IMG/VR virus record: IMGVR_UViG_3300031992_000021
Coordinates: 98,951-162,950 of that record
Strand: one strand, 5' to 3'
Length of the DNA stretch: 64,000 nt
Source: a virus
Taxonomy: Duplodnaviria > Caudoviricetes
A program made the position numbers and the translations under genes. Below are positions 25,589-37,567 of this stretch, piece after piece (the first letter of the stretch is position 1; each line of letters begins with the position of its first letter). The notes below the pieces were generated by a model, which was given only the letters and a program-made list of their open reading frames with translations, was not told where the DNA came from and did no database searches.

Positions 25589-26683
25589 TCACTCGGCCCC
25601 TCCAGCCATTTCTCCTGCAGGTCCGGATTCGATTCCGGCCGCAGTGTCTATCATGTCGGATTCAAGATCACGGATGAATCCCACGAACGACAGCCCGAAC
25701 ATGGGCAGGTCGAACCTCGTTCCGAGGAACGTTACCGGATCCTTCACATAGGCCTTCCCGTCCATGACGTACGACAGGAGGAGCTGAGCCCCAGGCTTAG
25801 GGGTTATCTTGGCGGAACCGATCTTGGACACCACAGTGATGCAGGGAGGCGCGTGGAACACGGTTATGGCGTCGAACGTCATCTGGGTGCCGCCAACGTC
25901 GAAAACAACCGGCAACTTCTGCGAAAGAAGATCCTTGAACTCGTCTTCATCCACTCCGTCCGGAATCTCCTTTGGCGTGGATGCCGTGACGATCTCCGAC
26001 ACGCGCCCCTGAAGGTCCGACAATGTACGTTCGATCGCGTCGAACGACACCCCGAGCCTCTTGAACAGATCCTCCTTGAACTCCTCAAGGGTTTCCGCTG
26101 CGACGTTTTTAGCGGGCTTGGCAGGCTTCGAGGGCTTGGCGGCATCCTGCTCCCCTCCGGCCGGTTCAGCCTGTTCGGAGCCTCCCCAGACCTTTCCGAG
26201 GACGGCCTTGTCCACGATGACGGTCTTGTCGCCGCTTTCGACCTTGGAGCCTTCAGGAGACCAGTTCCCCTCGTGATCCACCCGTCCGTTCTTCATGTCC
26301 TGGACCCTGCGTGCCGCCTCGGCCTCGCGGATGGCCTGCTCCTCGCCCTTGCTCTCGGCCTTTTTCGACGGGCTCCTGCGCACAGGCTGGACTTCAACGG
26401 ATTCCTCGTCGTCGTCATCGACGAAATCGTCCTGACCGGACATCATCTCGGCCTTGCGCATCTCGAAGAGCTTCATGGCGTCCGCCGCGTCCACCGTCGT
26501 GGAGTCGCCGGTACGGTATCTCCGGCGTCCGACGTCCATGTCCTTCCTCTCCTGCGCGTCAGGAAGAGGCTTCCTGCCCTTGGCGCGGCGCTTGCGGTTC
26601 CTCTCTTCGAGCTCCGTCTGCTCCTTGCCGAGGCGTTCAGCCTCCGCCATCATCTTCTCCATGCTGTTGTCGCTGCTTGTCAT
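25589..26683 (-). CDS. Hypothetical protein (disordered N-terminus, beta-rich C-terminal domain)
   Basis: 364-aa ORF. Confidence 0.65.
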   Translation of the reverse strand: MTSSDNSMEKMMAEAERLGKEQTELEERNRKRRAKGRKPLPDAQERKDMDVGRRRYRTGDSTTVDAADAMKLFEMRKAEMMSGQDDFVDDDDEESVEVQPVRRSPSKKAESKGEEQAIREAEAARRVQDMKNGRVDHEGNWSPEGSKVESGDKTVIVDKAVLGKVWGGSEQAEPAGGEQDAAKPSKPAKPAKNVAAETLEEFKEDLFKRLGVSFDAIERTLSDLQGRVSEIVTASTPKEIPDGVDEDEFKDLLSQKLPVVFDVGGTQMTFDAITVFHAPPCITVVSKIGSAKITPKPGAQLLLSYVMDGKAYVKDPVTFLGTRFDLPMFGLSFVGFIRDLESDMIDTAAGIESGPAGEMAGGAE

Positions 26684-26706
26684 TTTACGCTCTTCCTCTT
26701 TTGCGA

Positions 26707-26791
26707 TGGTGGATGCGCCGGGGCTCGAACCCGGAACTGCCCTTCGGCATGTAGCCTAGGGGCGCTACTATCCATATTGAGCTACGCATCC
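26707..26791 (-). ncRNA. Atypical tRNA-like RNA with extended anticodon arm
   Basis: Perfect acceptor GGATGCG/CGCATCC-A-CCA and T arm CCGGG-TTCGAGC-CCCGG; 13-nt anticodon loop that folds further. Confidence 0.7.
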
Positions 26792-26805
26792 TGTTTCTAC
26801 GTCTA

Positions 26806-26882
26806 TGGTGGACCCTGAGGGACTTGAACCCACGACCAGGCGATTATGAGTCGCCCGCTCTAACCGGCTGAGCTAAGGGTCC
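26806..26882 (-). tRNA. tRNA-Ile2(CAT) (or elongator Met)
   Basis: Loop CTCATAA; acceptor GGACCCT typical of lysidine-type Ile2; CCA. Confidence 0.85.
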
Positions 26883-26890
26883 TGGAAGAA

Positions 26891-27700
26891 TCACTTCTTC
26901 TTGCCCTTGGCGACAGCCTTCTTCTTGGGGCCGATCTGGGCGAGGTCGCCGGCCACCTCGGCCGCCTTCCTGTCCATCGCGCTTCCCTTTTCGGGCGCCT
27001 GGGGAACGGGCTCCTGAGCGTCTGCGCTCTTGGTGCCGTCGCCTTCAAGCCCGTGGGCCATGCTCACGGACACGGGCTCTGCGCCGATCTCGCCTGCATC
27101 ACCACCGGCCGGCTCCGGATCCGCGGCTCCGTCCTTCTTGGCGTGGGCGCCGATCGGGTCGAGGATCTCCTCGGAGCTGGGCTTCTCCTTGTTCTCGCCG
27201 GCGGCGATTCTGGCGTTCTCCTCCATGAGCTTCTCGAATCCGCTCTTAAGCTTGGAGGCGTCCACCTTCTCGCCCTCGTTTTCGAGAGTAGCGGGTCCGA
27301 CCGGTTTCCTGTCAGGATCGGTCTCGCCGTTGATCTCGGCCTCCCTGCGTGCCGCGTCGGCATTGGCCTTGCCCCTCTCGTCCATCTCGCGCTGCTGGGC
27401 CTCGCGGATGGCCTCGGAGTTGCGCTTCTCGCCGGTGGGATCCTCCCTGACTTCCTTCGGAAGCGACGCGGGGTCGAATCCGCCGCCCTTGGCGTCAAGA
27501 TCCATCAGCTTGGCGATGAGCTCGGCCTCCCTGGCGTTGAGCCTGATGCCGAGACTGCTACCGCACACCTTGACCACCTCCTCCAGCGCATCCTGAAGCC
27601 GGCGGCGCTTGAGACCTCCGTCAGGAGACACCTGGCCGGGAGCCAGGGATCCAGAAAACGATGTGAACACTGTGCGCGTTGTTAGGTTTACGAATTGCAT
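26891..27700 (-). CDS. Hypothetical protein
   Basis: 269-aa ORF with genome-typical codon bias. Confidence 0.65.
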   Translation of the reverse strand: MQFVNLTTRTVFTSFSGSLAPGQVSPDGGLKRRRLQDALEEVVKVCGSSLGIRLNAREAELIAKLMDLDAKGGGFDPASLPKEVREDPTGEKRNSEAIREAQQREMDERGKANADAARREAEINGETDPDRKPVGPATLENEGEKVDASKLKSGFEKLMEENARIAAGENKEKPSSEEILDPIGAHAKKDGAADPEPAGGDAGEIGAEPVSVSMAHGLEGDGTKSADAQEPVPQAPEKGSAMDRKAAEVAGDLAQIGPKKKAVAKGKKK

Positions 27701-27727
27701 TTTACTGTTCCTTTTTGTTGTTTTTGT

Positions 27728-28579
27728 TTACTTGCCATTGAAACCGGACGCCTCCAGGCTGTCCGCCAGCTGCTGCTGGGTCATCCTCGCCCCAAGGCGG
27801 GAACGACCTTCGTCCTTCATGGCCCTCATCGCATTGAGAGCGTGCATGAAGAAACCGTGAACCGTCTCCGGCATGAACACATCGTCGATTCCGGAGGCCT
27901 TTATCGACTGCATCCTCAGCGCCCTCCTGTCGGAAAGCGAAAGCAGCGGACACGAGCCGACGTCGAAAAGGAGCGAAACCAAGGTATATGAAACCTCCGT
28001 CCGCTCCCTCTTGTTCATGCAGAACATGAACCTGCGCCTCATCGACTGGACCGGCCACGACGAGAACCCATGCACGGAGAAGCACTCGTCGGTGGCCTTG
28101 TCGAGAATCGGCATGACCAGAGACTCCTCAAGCTCGCTTGCCGGGGTGTTGAGGAACCTCACGGCCGCGATTTCGTCGAGAAGATGCCTCATGGCCTGCC
28201 TTACGTCACGCTCCACGGACGGACTTGCGGCGTCGACGCACATGGAAGAGAGATCCCGCACAAGCTCGGCGGCCTTCTTGGCCCCCTCGGTGTCAAGCAT
28301 CTCCCTGTCCCCGGCGTCTATGGCCCTTCCCACCGCCCTTGCGGCGAAAACCGTCTGGGAATGCGGTATGCACCCCCTGTCGTAAAGCACGGCTATGGCG
28401 GACACGGAAGGAATCCACGTGAGCGGATCCTTGTGCGCCGCCACGCGCTCCTCGATCGGCCGGCTGCACTTGGCCCATGTCACGACGAAAGAGGACGAGT
28501 CCGGGTCGAACACGACCTGTGAGGCGTGTCTCTCGAATCTCGCCCTCTTGGCGGAACGGCTGGGCTTGGGCTTCACCAT
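27728..28579 (-). CDS. Hypothetical protein
   Basis: 283-aa ORF in operon. Confidence 0.6.
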   Translation of the reverse strand: MVKPKPSRSAKRARFERHASQVVFDPDSSSFVVTWAKCSRPIEERVAAHKDPLTWIPSVSAIAVLYDRGCIPHSQTVFAARAVGRAIDAGDREMLDTEGAKKAAELVRDLSSMCVDAASPSVERDVRQAMRHLLDEIAAVRFLNTPASELEESLVMPILDKATDECFSVHGFSSWPVQSMRRRFMFCMNKRERTEVSYTLVSLLFDVGSCPLLSLSDRRALRMQSIKASGIDDVFMPETVHGFFMHALNAMRAMKDEGRSRLGARMTQQQLADSLEASGFNGK

Positions 28580-29169
28580 GTGAACGCGTACCCGATCCTG
28601 ACGGGAACAAGCCTTACAGGCAAAACCCTTACCGGAACCTCGGACTCCTTGTCCTCCGACCTCGGAACCGACTTCTCTTTGCCGCAGCAGGAGCCGCCTC
28701 CGCAGGTGTTCCCGACCGAGCTGATAATAGACTGCAGCACGCCGAGGCCGTAGTTGTCCGCGCAGTACGACACAAACCCGAACAGCACCTTCCTGACCAC
28801 GCCCTTTAGAAGCTCGTAGAGCCTCAGCTTCAGCGAATCGCCCCTCGGAACGGACGACAGGTCGATGCCGTTCTGTTCTGCGATGAACTTCACCACGTCA
28901 AGGGGGTTCTTGCCTTCCTTGTCGCACTTTTCGATGAATCCGTCGATGTCCTCGTCCTTGATCTGCATCTCATCGGACAGACACACCCCCTCACCCTTTG
29001 GCGCATCCATGCCGGCGACAGCGCTCTTGGCCACACTCTCTCCCCATGCAATAGGGGAGTCAGGTCCCGCATTGCCTCCGGACGCATTATCTGCGCCTTC
29101 ACCGTTTGGCTTGGAGCGACCGCACCCACAGCCGCCACAGCCACTGTCAACTTCTTTTTCGTCAGCCAT
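28573..29169 (-). CDS. Hypothetical protein
   Basis: 198 aa, AAGGAGA SD, first gene after the promoter at 29219. Confidence 0.65.
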   Translation of the reverse strand: MADEKEVDSGCGGCGCGRSKPNGEGADNASGGNAGPDSPIAWGESVAKSAVAGMDAPKGEGVCLSDEMQIKDEDIDGFIEKCDKEGKNPLDVVKFIAEQNGIDLSSVPRGDSLKLRLYELLKGVVRKVLFGFVSYCADNYGLGVLQSIISSVGNTCGGGSCCGKEKSVPRSEDKESEVPVRVLPVRLVPVRIGYAFTW

Positions 29170-29218
29170 GTGTTCTCCTTTGTGTTATGAAAGTAGACTC
29201 CTTGGTCTACGGCTCGAT

Positions 29219-29247
29219 ATTATATCAGATATTGTCACAATATGCAA
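29219..29247 (-). promoter_or_regulatory. Sigma70-type promoter TTGCAT-N17-TATAAT with palindromic operator
   Basis: Spacer contains perfect inverted repeat ATATTGT-G-ACAATAT (29229-29243). Confidence 0.7.
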
Positions 29248-29281
29248 TGGGGGTGCGAAAAGATATTTTCATCTGATAGCT

Positions 29282-29314
29282 AAAAAAAGCGAGAGCCCCC
29301 GAAGGGGCTCCCGC
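29282..29314 (-). terminator. Rho-independent terminator ending the accessory-region transcript
   Basis: GCGGGAGCCCC-TTCG-GGGGCTCTCGC-TTTTTTT. Confidence 0.9.
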
Positions 29315-30030
29315 ACGGTCATACGTCCACGCCGAACCGCTTGAGGATGACCCTGCCGACACCTAGGCTGATGTCGCAGGCATTCCACTCCTTAGGGTCG
29401 GCCGACTCAAGGACGTCAACCGCAACCTTTTCTGCGATCGCGTCTGCGATCTTCGCCGAGTATTCGCTCGTAATGCCGTCCTCGATCTCTTCGAGGAGCA
29501 TGGTGCAGAAGTCGTCCCTCGTGCATCCGAGCTTTCCGTACACGTCCATCAGTCGTCGCTCCTGTACTGGTCGAGCCTGAACCCGAAGCACTTGCCGGCA
29601 CTCACGATCCTGTCGATCGCACCGCGGATGAGCGTCTCCGCCGTCTCCTTCGACATCGTGTAGTCGTCGTCGAACTCCTGCACGTAGTCGCAAAGGATGG
29701 AATACGCATACGCAAGATGCTCGCAGTACGCGTTCCTCTTGGGGGTGTCTTTTTCCGTTCGCTCCGCAAGCCTCAACCTTTCGGCGACCTTCGAGCAGAT
29801 CTCCCACGAGTCCTTCTCTGACCACTTGGAGCAGTCCGGAAAGTCCCCGCTCGCCTCGACGACAACGCCTGGCAGCAGAACCAGGTCCGCTGTGATAGAT
29901 TCGTCGGAAGCCTTGCGGAGAACAATCCTGGGGGGATTGCCGGATCCCATGCAGTCCACCTTGAGATAGGCCTGCATGAGCTCGTAGCCTTTCGACCCGT
30001 CTTTTTTGGTCTTCTTTGCCATGTCTCCTC

Positions 30031-30423
30031 CTACCACCTTCTCTCGGACCACCCGTCATCGCGGTTCCCGCGATCTCCACGTGGCCGGCGCTTCCCGTAT
30101 CCGTGTCCACCGTTTCCTCCATGGAATCCGCGTCCGCCACGATTGCCGCGACCTCCACGATCGCCACGATTGGCGCGATCTCCGCGGGGCCTTGCCTCGC
30201 TGACCTTCAGCACCCTGCCGTCGAGTTCCGCTCCGTTCATCTCCTCGATGGCCGTCCTCGCCGACCCCTCTTCCATCTCGACGAATCCGAACCCGCGAGA
30301 TCTCCCGGTCTCGCGATCCCTTGCGACGTTGGCGTCATTGACTTCGCCGAACCTCTCGAACGCCTTCTTCAGCCCGTCGTCCGTCGTTCCCCACGACAGA
30401 TTTCCGATGTATATCTTGATCAT
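30031..30423 (-). CDS. RRM-domain RNA-binding protein with RGG-rich tail
   Basis: RNP2 IYIGNL, RNP1 RGFGFVEM, C-terminal RGDRGGRGNRGGRG. Confidence 0.92.
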   Translation of the reverse strand: MIKIYIGNLSWGTTDDGLKKAFERFGEVNDANVARDRETGRSRGFGFVEMEEGSARTAIEEMNGAELDGRVLKVSEARPRGDRANRGDRGGRGNRGGRGFHGGNGGHGYGKRRPRGDRGNRDDGWSERRW

Positions 30424-33400
30424 CTCTTCCTTTCGTCCTTCCTATTCCATGCAACCGTGGGGGTCGCCCATTATGCACACATGGTCGGACTTGTCGCCGC
30501 CGACCGTGACGCTCAGCACGTTTGTGCAGAAATTACCCTCGAAGTCGCCGATGCACATCGGCGTGTCGAGGCCCTTCGGGAAGTTGAGCCTGTCGGCAAG
30601 AACCATCGCGGCGAACTCCCTTACGGTCAGCCGGCCGCAGTAGTCCTTGTCGATGATCTGGTTCAGCCTCGTCACCTTCTTCTTCCCCCACACGGCCGCA
30701 AGCAGAGCGCCGCGCCTGTTCTCGTCCATCCTGGCCTCGACGGCCAAGACGGCCTTGGACTTCCCTTTCTCGTTCGTCTTGCTATCCTTCGTCTTCCTCA
30801 TGTCAGATGCCTTTCCTTTGTTCCTGACTATCTCCGCAGCGCATCCGAAACACATCCTGCCGGACGTGGTATGCACCGAGTCGTCTTCAGTTACTATCAT
30901 TCCGCATTGACAGCAGAACAGACAGTTACCCCTGTTCGTCTTTGATTTCATTCAGGTCATCCTCTCCGTCGACAAGCTTGTACACTTCCCAACTGCACCA
31001 TTTGCTCTCGCCTGTCCTCTCCCTGGACAGGGCAATCCCCCTGCCGACGCCGAGAATCCGGCGGAACGCATTCGCTGCCCGATCCTCGCGTATGACGAGT
31101 CTTGGGCCTGATTTGTCTGGAAGGAACCGGCAGTTTGCCGTCCCCATGAGATTCAAGGCATCTTCGCCATATATGACGAACTTCCCCTTCTCGTGGAACA
31201 CCACAACATATCTGCGCGGAACTTCCATCCTAATCTTGGCATAATCCTCCCTGACTCCATTGTTGTTCTTGGCCCTGTCGGATATCCTCTTCGCCTCCTC
31301 CGCCTTCTTTGCGGCTTCTGCGTCCCTTTCCTTTTTCTTGGCCTCTTCTTCCGTCTCAAGAAGCGGAACCCACACCATCGCCACCTTGTCGGCATTCATA
31401 ACGTCAGGCCTCTCCGGATCGTCCCTGATCACGAGATCGAAGTCTCCGATCTCCCTTTCCAGCAGCGGCGCCAGCTCTGGCATCACGTCAGGATGCGCAC
31501 CGTGGTAGTCCGAAGACAGGAATATGTGCTCCTCCTCGTCCGGGGTGACTACGCAGAAGTAGACCTCGTGGTCCGACTCAGCCATCAGTTCGTTCAGAGT
31601 CATTTCACTATTTCTCCTCTATCAGTCGGCGAACTCGCCTTCCTCGGTACACTCATGCACCCCGTCCGAGTCGGTAATGAACAGCTTCACGTCGCGACGG
31701 TCGTAGTCTACGCCGCACGAATCGCACATTCTCTTGCACTCGGCGACGCATAGCTCAATGGTATCCATTCCATTGCTGACACACTTTCCGCCATTCGGAA
31801 GCGGTATCTCGAAATGATACGGTTTTCTCCTGTCACTCATAGCTTGAGCCCTCATGTCTTTCCCTGCTTGACTGGCGGAACCAATGACCTCACAACGGTG
31901 AACCCGTCTCTTGGCTCCCCAACTTCGCAATTCGATGAAAGCACCTTGTCGTAGTCGATAGTCGGAGATCTCTTCAAGATCTCTATTATCTTCTTTCCGC
32001 CGTGTATGGTGCTCATCGTCCATTTGTCTGTGCTGTACTCTCCACGACCTTCGTGGTGGCTCGTTGACACCTCAAGGATAACGTTGCCGGTTACTGCGCA
32101 AAGCAGCTCTTCAGTTGTCATTCGACCCCCTCTGGCATCCCGCCTCATCCGTATGCGACAGGACGCCGTACTTCTCCTTGAGTTTCAATATCTCGTCCTC
32201 CGTGTCTCCGTCGAACTTCGCAGCGTCGCACAGGCGCCTGATGAAGTCTACGATGCTCACAAGCTTGAACGTGGTGAACTTTCCGTTGAACGGCTCGGAC
32301 TCCCTGTACTCCCTGACGGCCGTGATCTCCCTCATCTCAGCCCCGTCTCCGTCACACACGCACCCAAGCGTGCAGTGAAGGATGCCATCCTGATCCCTGA
32401 ACACCTCGATGTCGCCCCTGTCGTCCTCCTCGCTGAGGTCGACAAGGCACGTGCAGTGCTCGGCAAGCGGCGGATCTCCGCAAAGTTCCACGAGGAACGT
32501 CCAGTCGTCATTCAGATACATGTCTCTCCTCCTCGTCGCCCTCCTTCACGTCCAGACCACCCCGATCCTTCACGGATCCGTTGTAGTCCCAGTTCTCCTG
32601 CCCCTCGCAAGTGATGTGGCAGTCGCACAGGTAGAGAAGTGCCCCGTCGAGCGTCATAAACCCCTCCACGAAGCACTCGCCCTCCCGGTTGTCCACTACC
32701 GTGAATGGATACCCAGTCTGCTGAGCCGCCTTCTCGTCCTCGACCATCAGCCACTGCTTGCGCGGAAACTTGCTCTCGTCTCCCCACTCTTCCCTGGTGA
32801 TGTCGCCGTTGGACATGTCGGCATGCCCGTCTAGAACGCGCCTGACCTCTTCCCTATCGCTTTCGCTGTCTACTATCGTGACGTCCATTGACTCATCCCT
32901 CCATGTAGTTGTAGAGCGTGGCGCCGGTCTCCGTCATCAGAAATGCCGGTATCACGCCGTTCCACGGGATGTTCGCTCCACGGAACACGTCTTTTCCTGA
33001 ATCAAGGTCGTGTCTGATGAAGTAGAAGCCTTCGTTTCCGAAGAAGCTCCAATACTCCATCAGGTTCCCGTTGACCTTGTACTCGATCACGCCGATCTCC
33101 TCGGCATGCACCAGAGCCCGGCTATCGTAGTCAATCACCTCTTCGGGCATTCCAATCCCTTCCTCCACTTCTCGAACGACTTGTTCCCCTCGTTGAAAAG
33201 GAATGTCATCGATGCGTAGTTCGTGCCGGCGATGAACTTATCAGGCTTGTCGTAGCCCCTGCATACGTTCGCGACCATCTGCGCGTCGTACGGAAGTCCT
33301 CCAGCCACGGAGGTGGTTATCACGTCAACTCCAGTTTCGTAGAACGTGAATATCCTGGCAGTAGCCTTGCGTCCAATCGATACGTCCGTAGCAGCAAGGA

Positions 33401-36400
33401 ACTTCTTGAGCGGCATGGTTCCAAAAGCGACCGTCTGTCCGATCGCCCCAATCGTGGCCGTACCATCCCTCTTGAGCATGAACCTGCGCCTCTCCAGCCT
33501 CATTTCGACAACGCCGCTCCTGATTCTATGGAGAAGAGCGGTGAGGACAATCCCGCTGAAATCGTCCCTTCCGTCGGTATCCGAAACCGGCATCCACGGC
33601 AAAGCGGGAGATATCCAGTAGTCCTTGTTCGCGTTCCCCGACACATCCACCCAAGGCGGCAGATGCGCGTTTTTCTTCACCTTCATTCTGTTTCTCCTTT
33701 CTGACCGTCCGCGCCATTCTTCGGCTTCCATGTCCCATGGAAGTCGTCAACGTATTCAACGCCGAACTTGCCACATATCTTCTCGAGCTTTTCGAGATCC
33801 TCAAGCGTGCCACACCATCCGTCAGACCTCCCTTTGAGGATGCACTCACTCACGATTGCGGCTGCGCATTCCATCAGGCTCGTATAATCCGAATACTTTC
33901 CTGCCATACGTCCTCCTCACTGAACCTTTTCCTCTTCAAGCACCACTGACATGTGCGGATATTTCATCTGACCCGGAATCCTGTTGCTCTGCATTTTTCC
34001 AGGAATGTACCGAAGCACTTTCTTGGGCATCAATCGGTCAAGGACTTCAGCCTCCTTTGTTCCAGCCCCAAGATCGCTATCCAGTATCTCAATGTGTTCC
34101 GACGTCCTCTCGCCAAGAGACACGGTGAATACAGTATTGGTGCCGGCAAGGATAAACAACTCCCCAAACGTCATTTGGAGTCCTTTCCAAGCCCGCTGTC
34201 GTTGAGCAGGGCCATGTACTCCTTCACCGCGTCCTCGTGCGGCATCTCGCGAAGCCGCTCGAACTCCGCAAGAAGCTCGTCCCCGTATAGGCGCACGGTC
34301 GTCCTGTAGTGAGCGTATTCAACTCCAGGTTCGTTCCAATTCGGCCCGCGCAGATATGGCAGAAGCCTCTCCGGATCCATCACATAGTCCGGATTCACCT
34401 TCAAAAGGCTCTTGGCCCACTTCTTGAACTGCTTCAGCAGCTTTTCCACATCAATCATTTCTTGTCCTCCACGATGCAGACGATGTAGCTTCTGTTCAGG
34501 TACGGCTGAGGATCGGTGCAGCACACCCGCTTCAGGAACGTGTCGTAGTACCACAGGGTGATGCGGAAAGTAAGATACTTCTCGCAGTCGATGTGAACCT
34601 TTGGCCCAGACTCGTAGAACCCATCGAAGTCGTAGCCGGGATACTGCCTGCTGTACGGACCATCCGTCCAGCCGGCGCCATCTCCACGCTCGTTCGGCTT
34701 CCACGTCACGCATTCGAGCGGCAGCTCGTCATCCTCGAGATCGTCTCGACTTCCCCTCGCGGCCTTGATGTAGAGCTTCTCGAACTTGTCCAAGTCGCTC
34801 TTCTTGACCTCGAAGATGTATTCGGTTCCGCTTCCCGCGGCGATGCCTCTCCCTTCCCTGTTTGGGCAGCTCCACAGGAAGTCGAACAGTTCCTTCGTTA
34901 TGTCCATGCAATCACCTCATCCTCAGCACGACCTTCTTGTCGTCATACTCGAACGTGACCTGCGCAGCACCCTGCCTGACTATGCAGCCGGTCCTGCACC
35001 ACGAGATGAACTTAAGCGCGGAGCTGCTTCTGAACGCAGCCTCTATCTCAGCCATCTTGTGCAGGTCCCCGTCAGTGTATCCACGCTCCTTCCACTCAAC
35101 AATATCTTCTGGGGTGGCGGCCACGTAGATCTTGTGGTTGTCGTGCCAGAAGAACCCGAGTGCGGACCTCACGTCCGTCCGCCCTATCTTGATCAATCTG
35201 CTGTTTCTTCCCACTTAAGCCTCCTTCTGTTCTTCTATCAGCTTCCTTGCTAACTTTCGCGGGCTCTCGCCAGGATGCTGATAATCGTCATCAAGCCAAT
35301 ACCCGAACTCGAGATACGCCCAGTCATGGCTCTTGTCATACGCCCACACGGCCAGAGCATACTCCAGACTGCATCTCGCGAACGCCTGCCTATTCGTCAT
35401 CTTTCCGTTCACGCATTGCCCTCCTCTTCTTGGCTACCGCATCGGTATCCTTTTTGGTCCACTTTGAGTAGGAGACGCTGATATGCCTCTTGCTCCTCCC
35501 AATCTTCACGTTGACCATCACGCCGTCCTCCCGTAGAATGCCGGCTACCTCGCCGGCGAACTCGTCCGGATCGAACCTGTCAGGTATGCGGAATCTCACG
35601 GAAGTGGCCCTCCATTCAGGAGGCTTCACAGCCACCCCGGCCTTCTTCATGAGATTGAACGTGGCCTCCGCAACGCAGAGGCTCACCTTCTTGACGACAT
35701 TCTCGTTCACGACCGGCTCCTTACGCCCATAGGGGAAGGCCTGTCCCAGAACTCGCCACGCTTCGAGAGCAGGAAGAACCGCTTCCAGTCGTTAGGAAGC
35801 CCAGCCTCCTTGAGCGCGTCAGGGATGATGTCGCGAAGGTCTCCCGTGGGATAGGCCTTCCTGGAGAACCCGTACTCGGTAGACGAGCTCTCCCAGAACC
35901 CTATTCCCCGGAATTTGCTCGCTTCAGCAGTTTCGCTGCTGATGTCGCATATCTGGTCGCCGTGGTACTCGATGACCCTCACGAAGTCGTCCTTCAGCCG
36001 GCCCTTCTCGTCCCTCTCGTCGCGGCGCATTCCAACCTTGAGCCCGTTCCCGAACTCGACGCTTATGATGCCCCAGCCCGGACGGAAGAAGACGAGCCTC
36101 GCTTCCCTGAACCTCTTCTTGTTGCACGGCACATAGCCTGATCCAACGACGTCAAACTTCTTAGCCATCTCAGACCCTTCCTCTCATCGTCAGGCTCGAA
36201 CGGCATCCGCTCGTGCCTGAAGTTCATCAGCAGACTCAGGACCGCATCCCTGCGCGTCCTGTACTTGTGCCCTGGGCGCCACATCTTTTCCTTGTTGTCG
36301 TAGACGCTCCACCAGACCTTGCCGTCCAGAGCACCGCGCTTCACGGGCTCGAACCTCGACTGCCCGCAGCACGGATACTCACTTCTGTACTTTGGCGGCT

Positions 36401-36635
36401 TGTCGAGATCCTTTTTTGAGATCTTCTTCGCCATGGCTACCTCTTCTTGATTGAGATGCTGATTCCCGCACCGCTCCAAGACCGACGCGTAAGAAGGGCC
36501 TTCCTGATTTCAGAAAAGTCCTTCCTCGTGCCGTCGTCTATCTGCTGGATCGCAAGATCTGCACATTCCTCGACAGTGCCGCACAAGTCTATGGTTGGCG
36601 GGTTGTCCTCGAACCTTATCTCTAGCGAAAACATG

Positions 36636-37172
36636 TCATCCTCCAGTCTTTCCGGTACGCAAGTCTGCGCTCGTGACGAACCACTCATGCGAGCTCGAAT
36701 CGTTCTTCGAGTTGATATAGCAGCAAGGACATGGCCCCCACGGCTTGCCTCCCGAAGTCACATACGGATATGCGGCCGACTCTATGGCCTTCTCGTACTC
36801 CTTCTCCATCTCGGAGACGGCCTTGGCCTCGGACAGGAAAAACGAGACGCTAGGCCTGAAGTCGACCCCATTCCTGTCTCTCGAGATCCTGACCAATGCG
36901 TAAAGCCCGCTTCCAACAAGCGCGTTGCCGACTTCCTGCTCGACAAGCTCCTTCGGAACGTCAAGATCCCTGGTATTTCCCTTCTCGTCGTTGTAGGCGA
37001 CTGGCATGTATGTCTCCAGGTCGTCTATGTCTATATTGAGGAATTTCGGTTCCCTCTCGTCATGGATCGCGTCGCACACCTTCTCAGCCGCCTCCCTTGG
37101 GCTGTCGGCCTCCGCATCTATCGACACGGTTCCGACAACCCTCAGGAACACCTGATACTTCCGCGTGCTCAT
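36636..37172 (-). CDS. Two-domain protein: DpnD/PcfM-like N-terminus + V[WY]..F.S..A domain
   Basis: KYQVFLRVVGTVSIDAEADSPREA; YALVRI...FFLSEAKAVSEM. Confidence 0.5.
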   Translation of the reverse strand: MSTRKYQVFLRVVGTVSIDAEADSPREAAEKVCDAIHDEREPKFLNIDIDDLETYMPVAYNDEKGNTRDLDVPKELVEQEVGNALVGSGLYALVRISRDRNGVDFRPSVSFFLSEAKAVSEMEKEYEKAIESAAYPYVTSGGKPWGPCPCCYINSKNDSSSHEWFVTSADLRTGKTGG

Positions 37173-37567
37173 TTCTTCTCCTTGCGACCCTGAAGCAGAC
37201 GATCCATCGTAGCCTTGTCGCACAATGCCTTCGTGCCGGGCTTCCCGTCCTTCATGGCCTCAGGCTTCATGACCACATACCTTCCGGTCGGCCAGTGCGG
37301 CTTGCCCTCCGTATCCGTGAACGCGAAGGCCTTGTTGTCGCCGAATCGGCTTCCGTCATCCGTCACCTCGATGAGGTGGACGCCAAGCATGAACTTCTCC
37401 ATGCACTTGTCGCAAGGCTCCAGGCTCGTCACCATCCTCTTCGGCGCCTCCGCGTCTCCCTTCATCCTTCCGAACAGCGCAAGGCCCTTGGGCTCTCCGC
37501 ACCAGAAGCAGATGTCCAGAGACGGATTGACACCGTGCTTCTTGGACAGAGTTATTCCTTTAGACAT
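37169..37567 (-). CDS. Phage zinc-binding hypothetical protein
   Basis: KHGVNPSLDICFWCGE...EAP....EPCDKC. Confidence 0.6.
   Translation of the reverse strand: MSKGITLSKKHGVNPSLDICFWCGEPKGLALFGRMKGDAEAPKRMVTSLEPCDKCMEKFMLGVHLIEVTDDGSRFGDNKAFAFTDTEGKPHWPTGRYVVMKPEAMKDGKPGTKALCDKATMDRLLQGRKEKK

Noticed and set aside
26707-26791. tmRNA or intron-containing tRNA
   Set aside because: No G3-U70 pair, no tag reading frame, and the extra sequence is only about 6 nt
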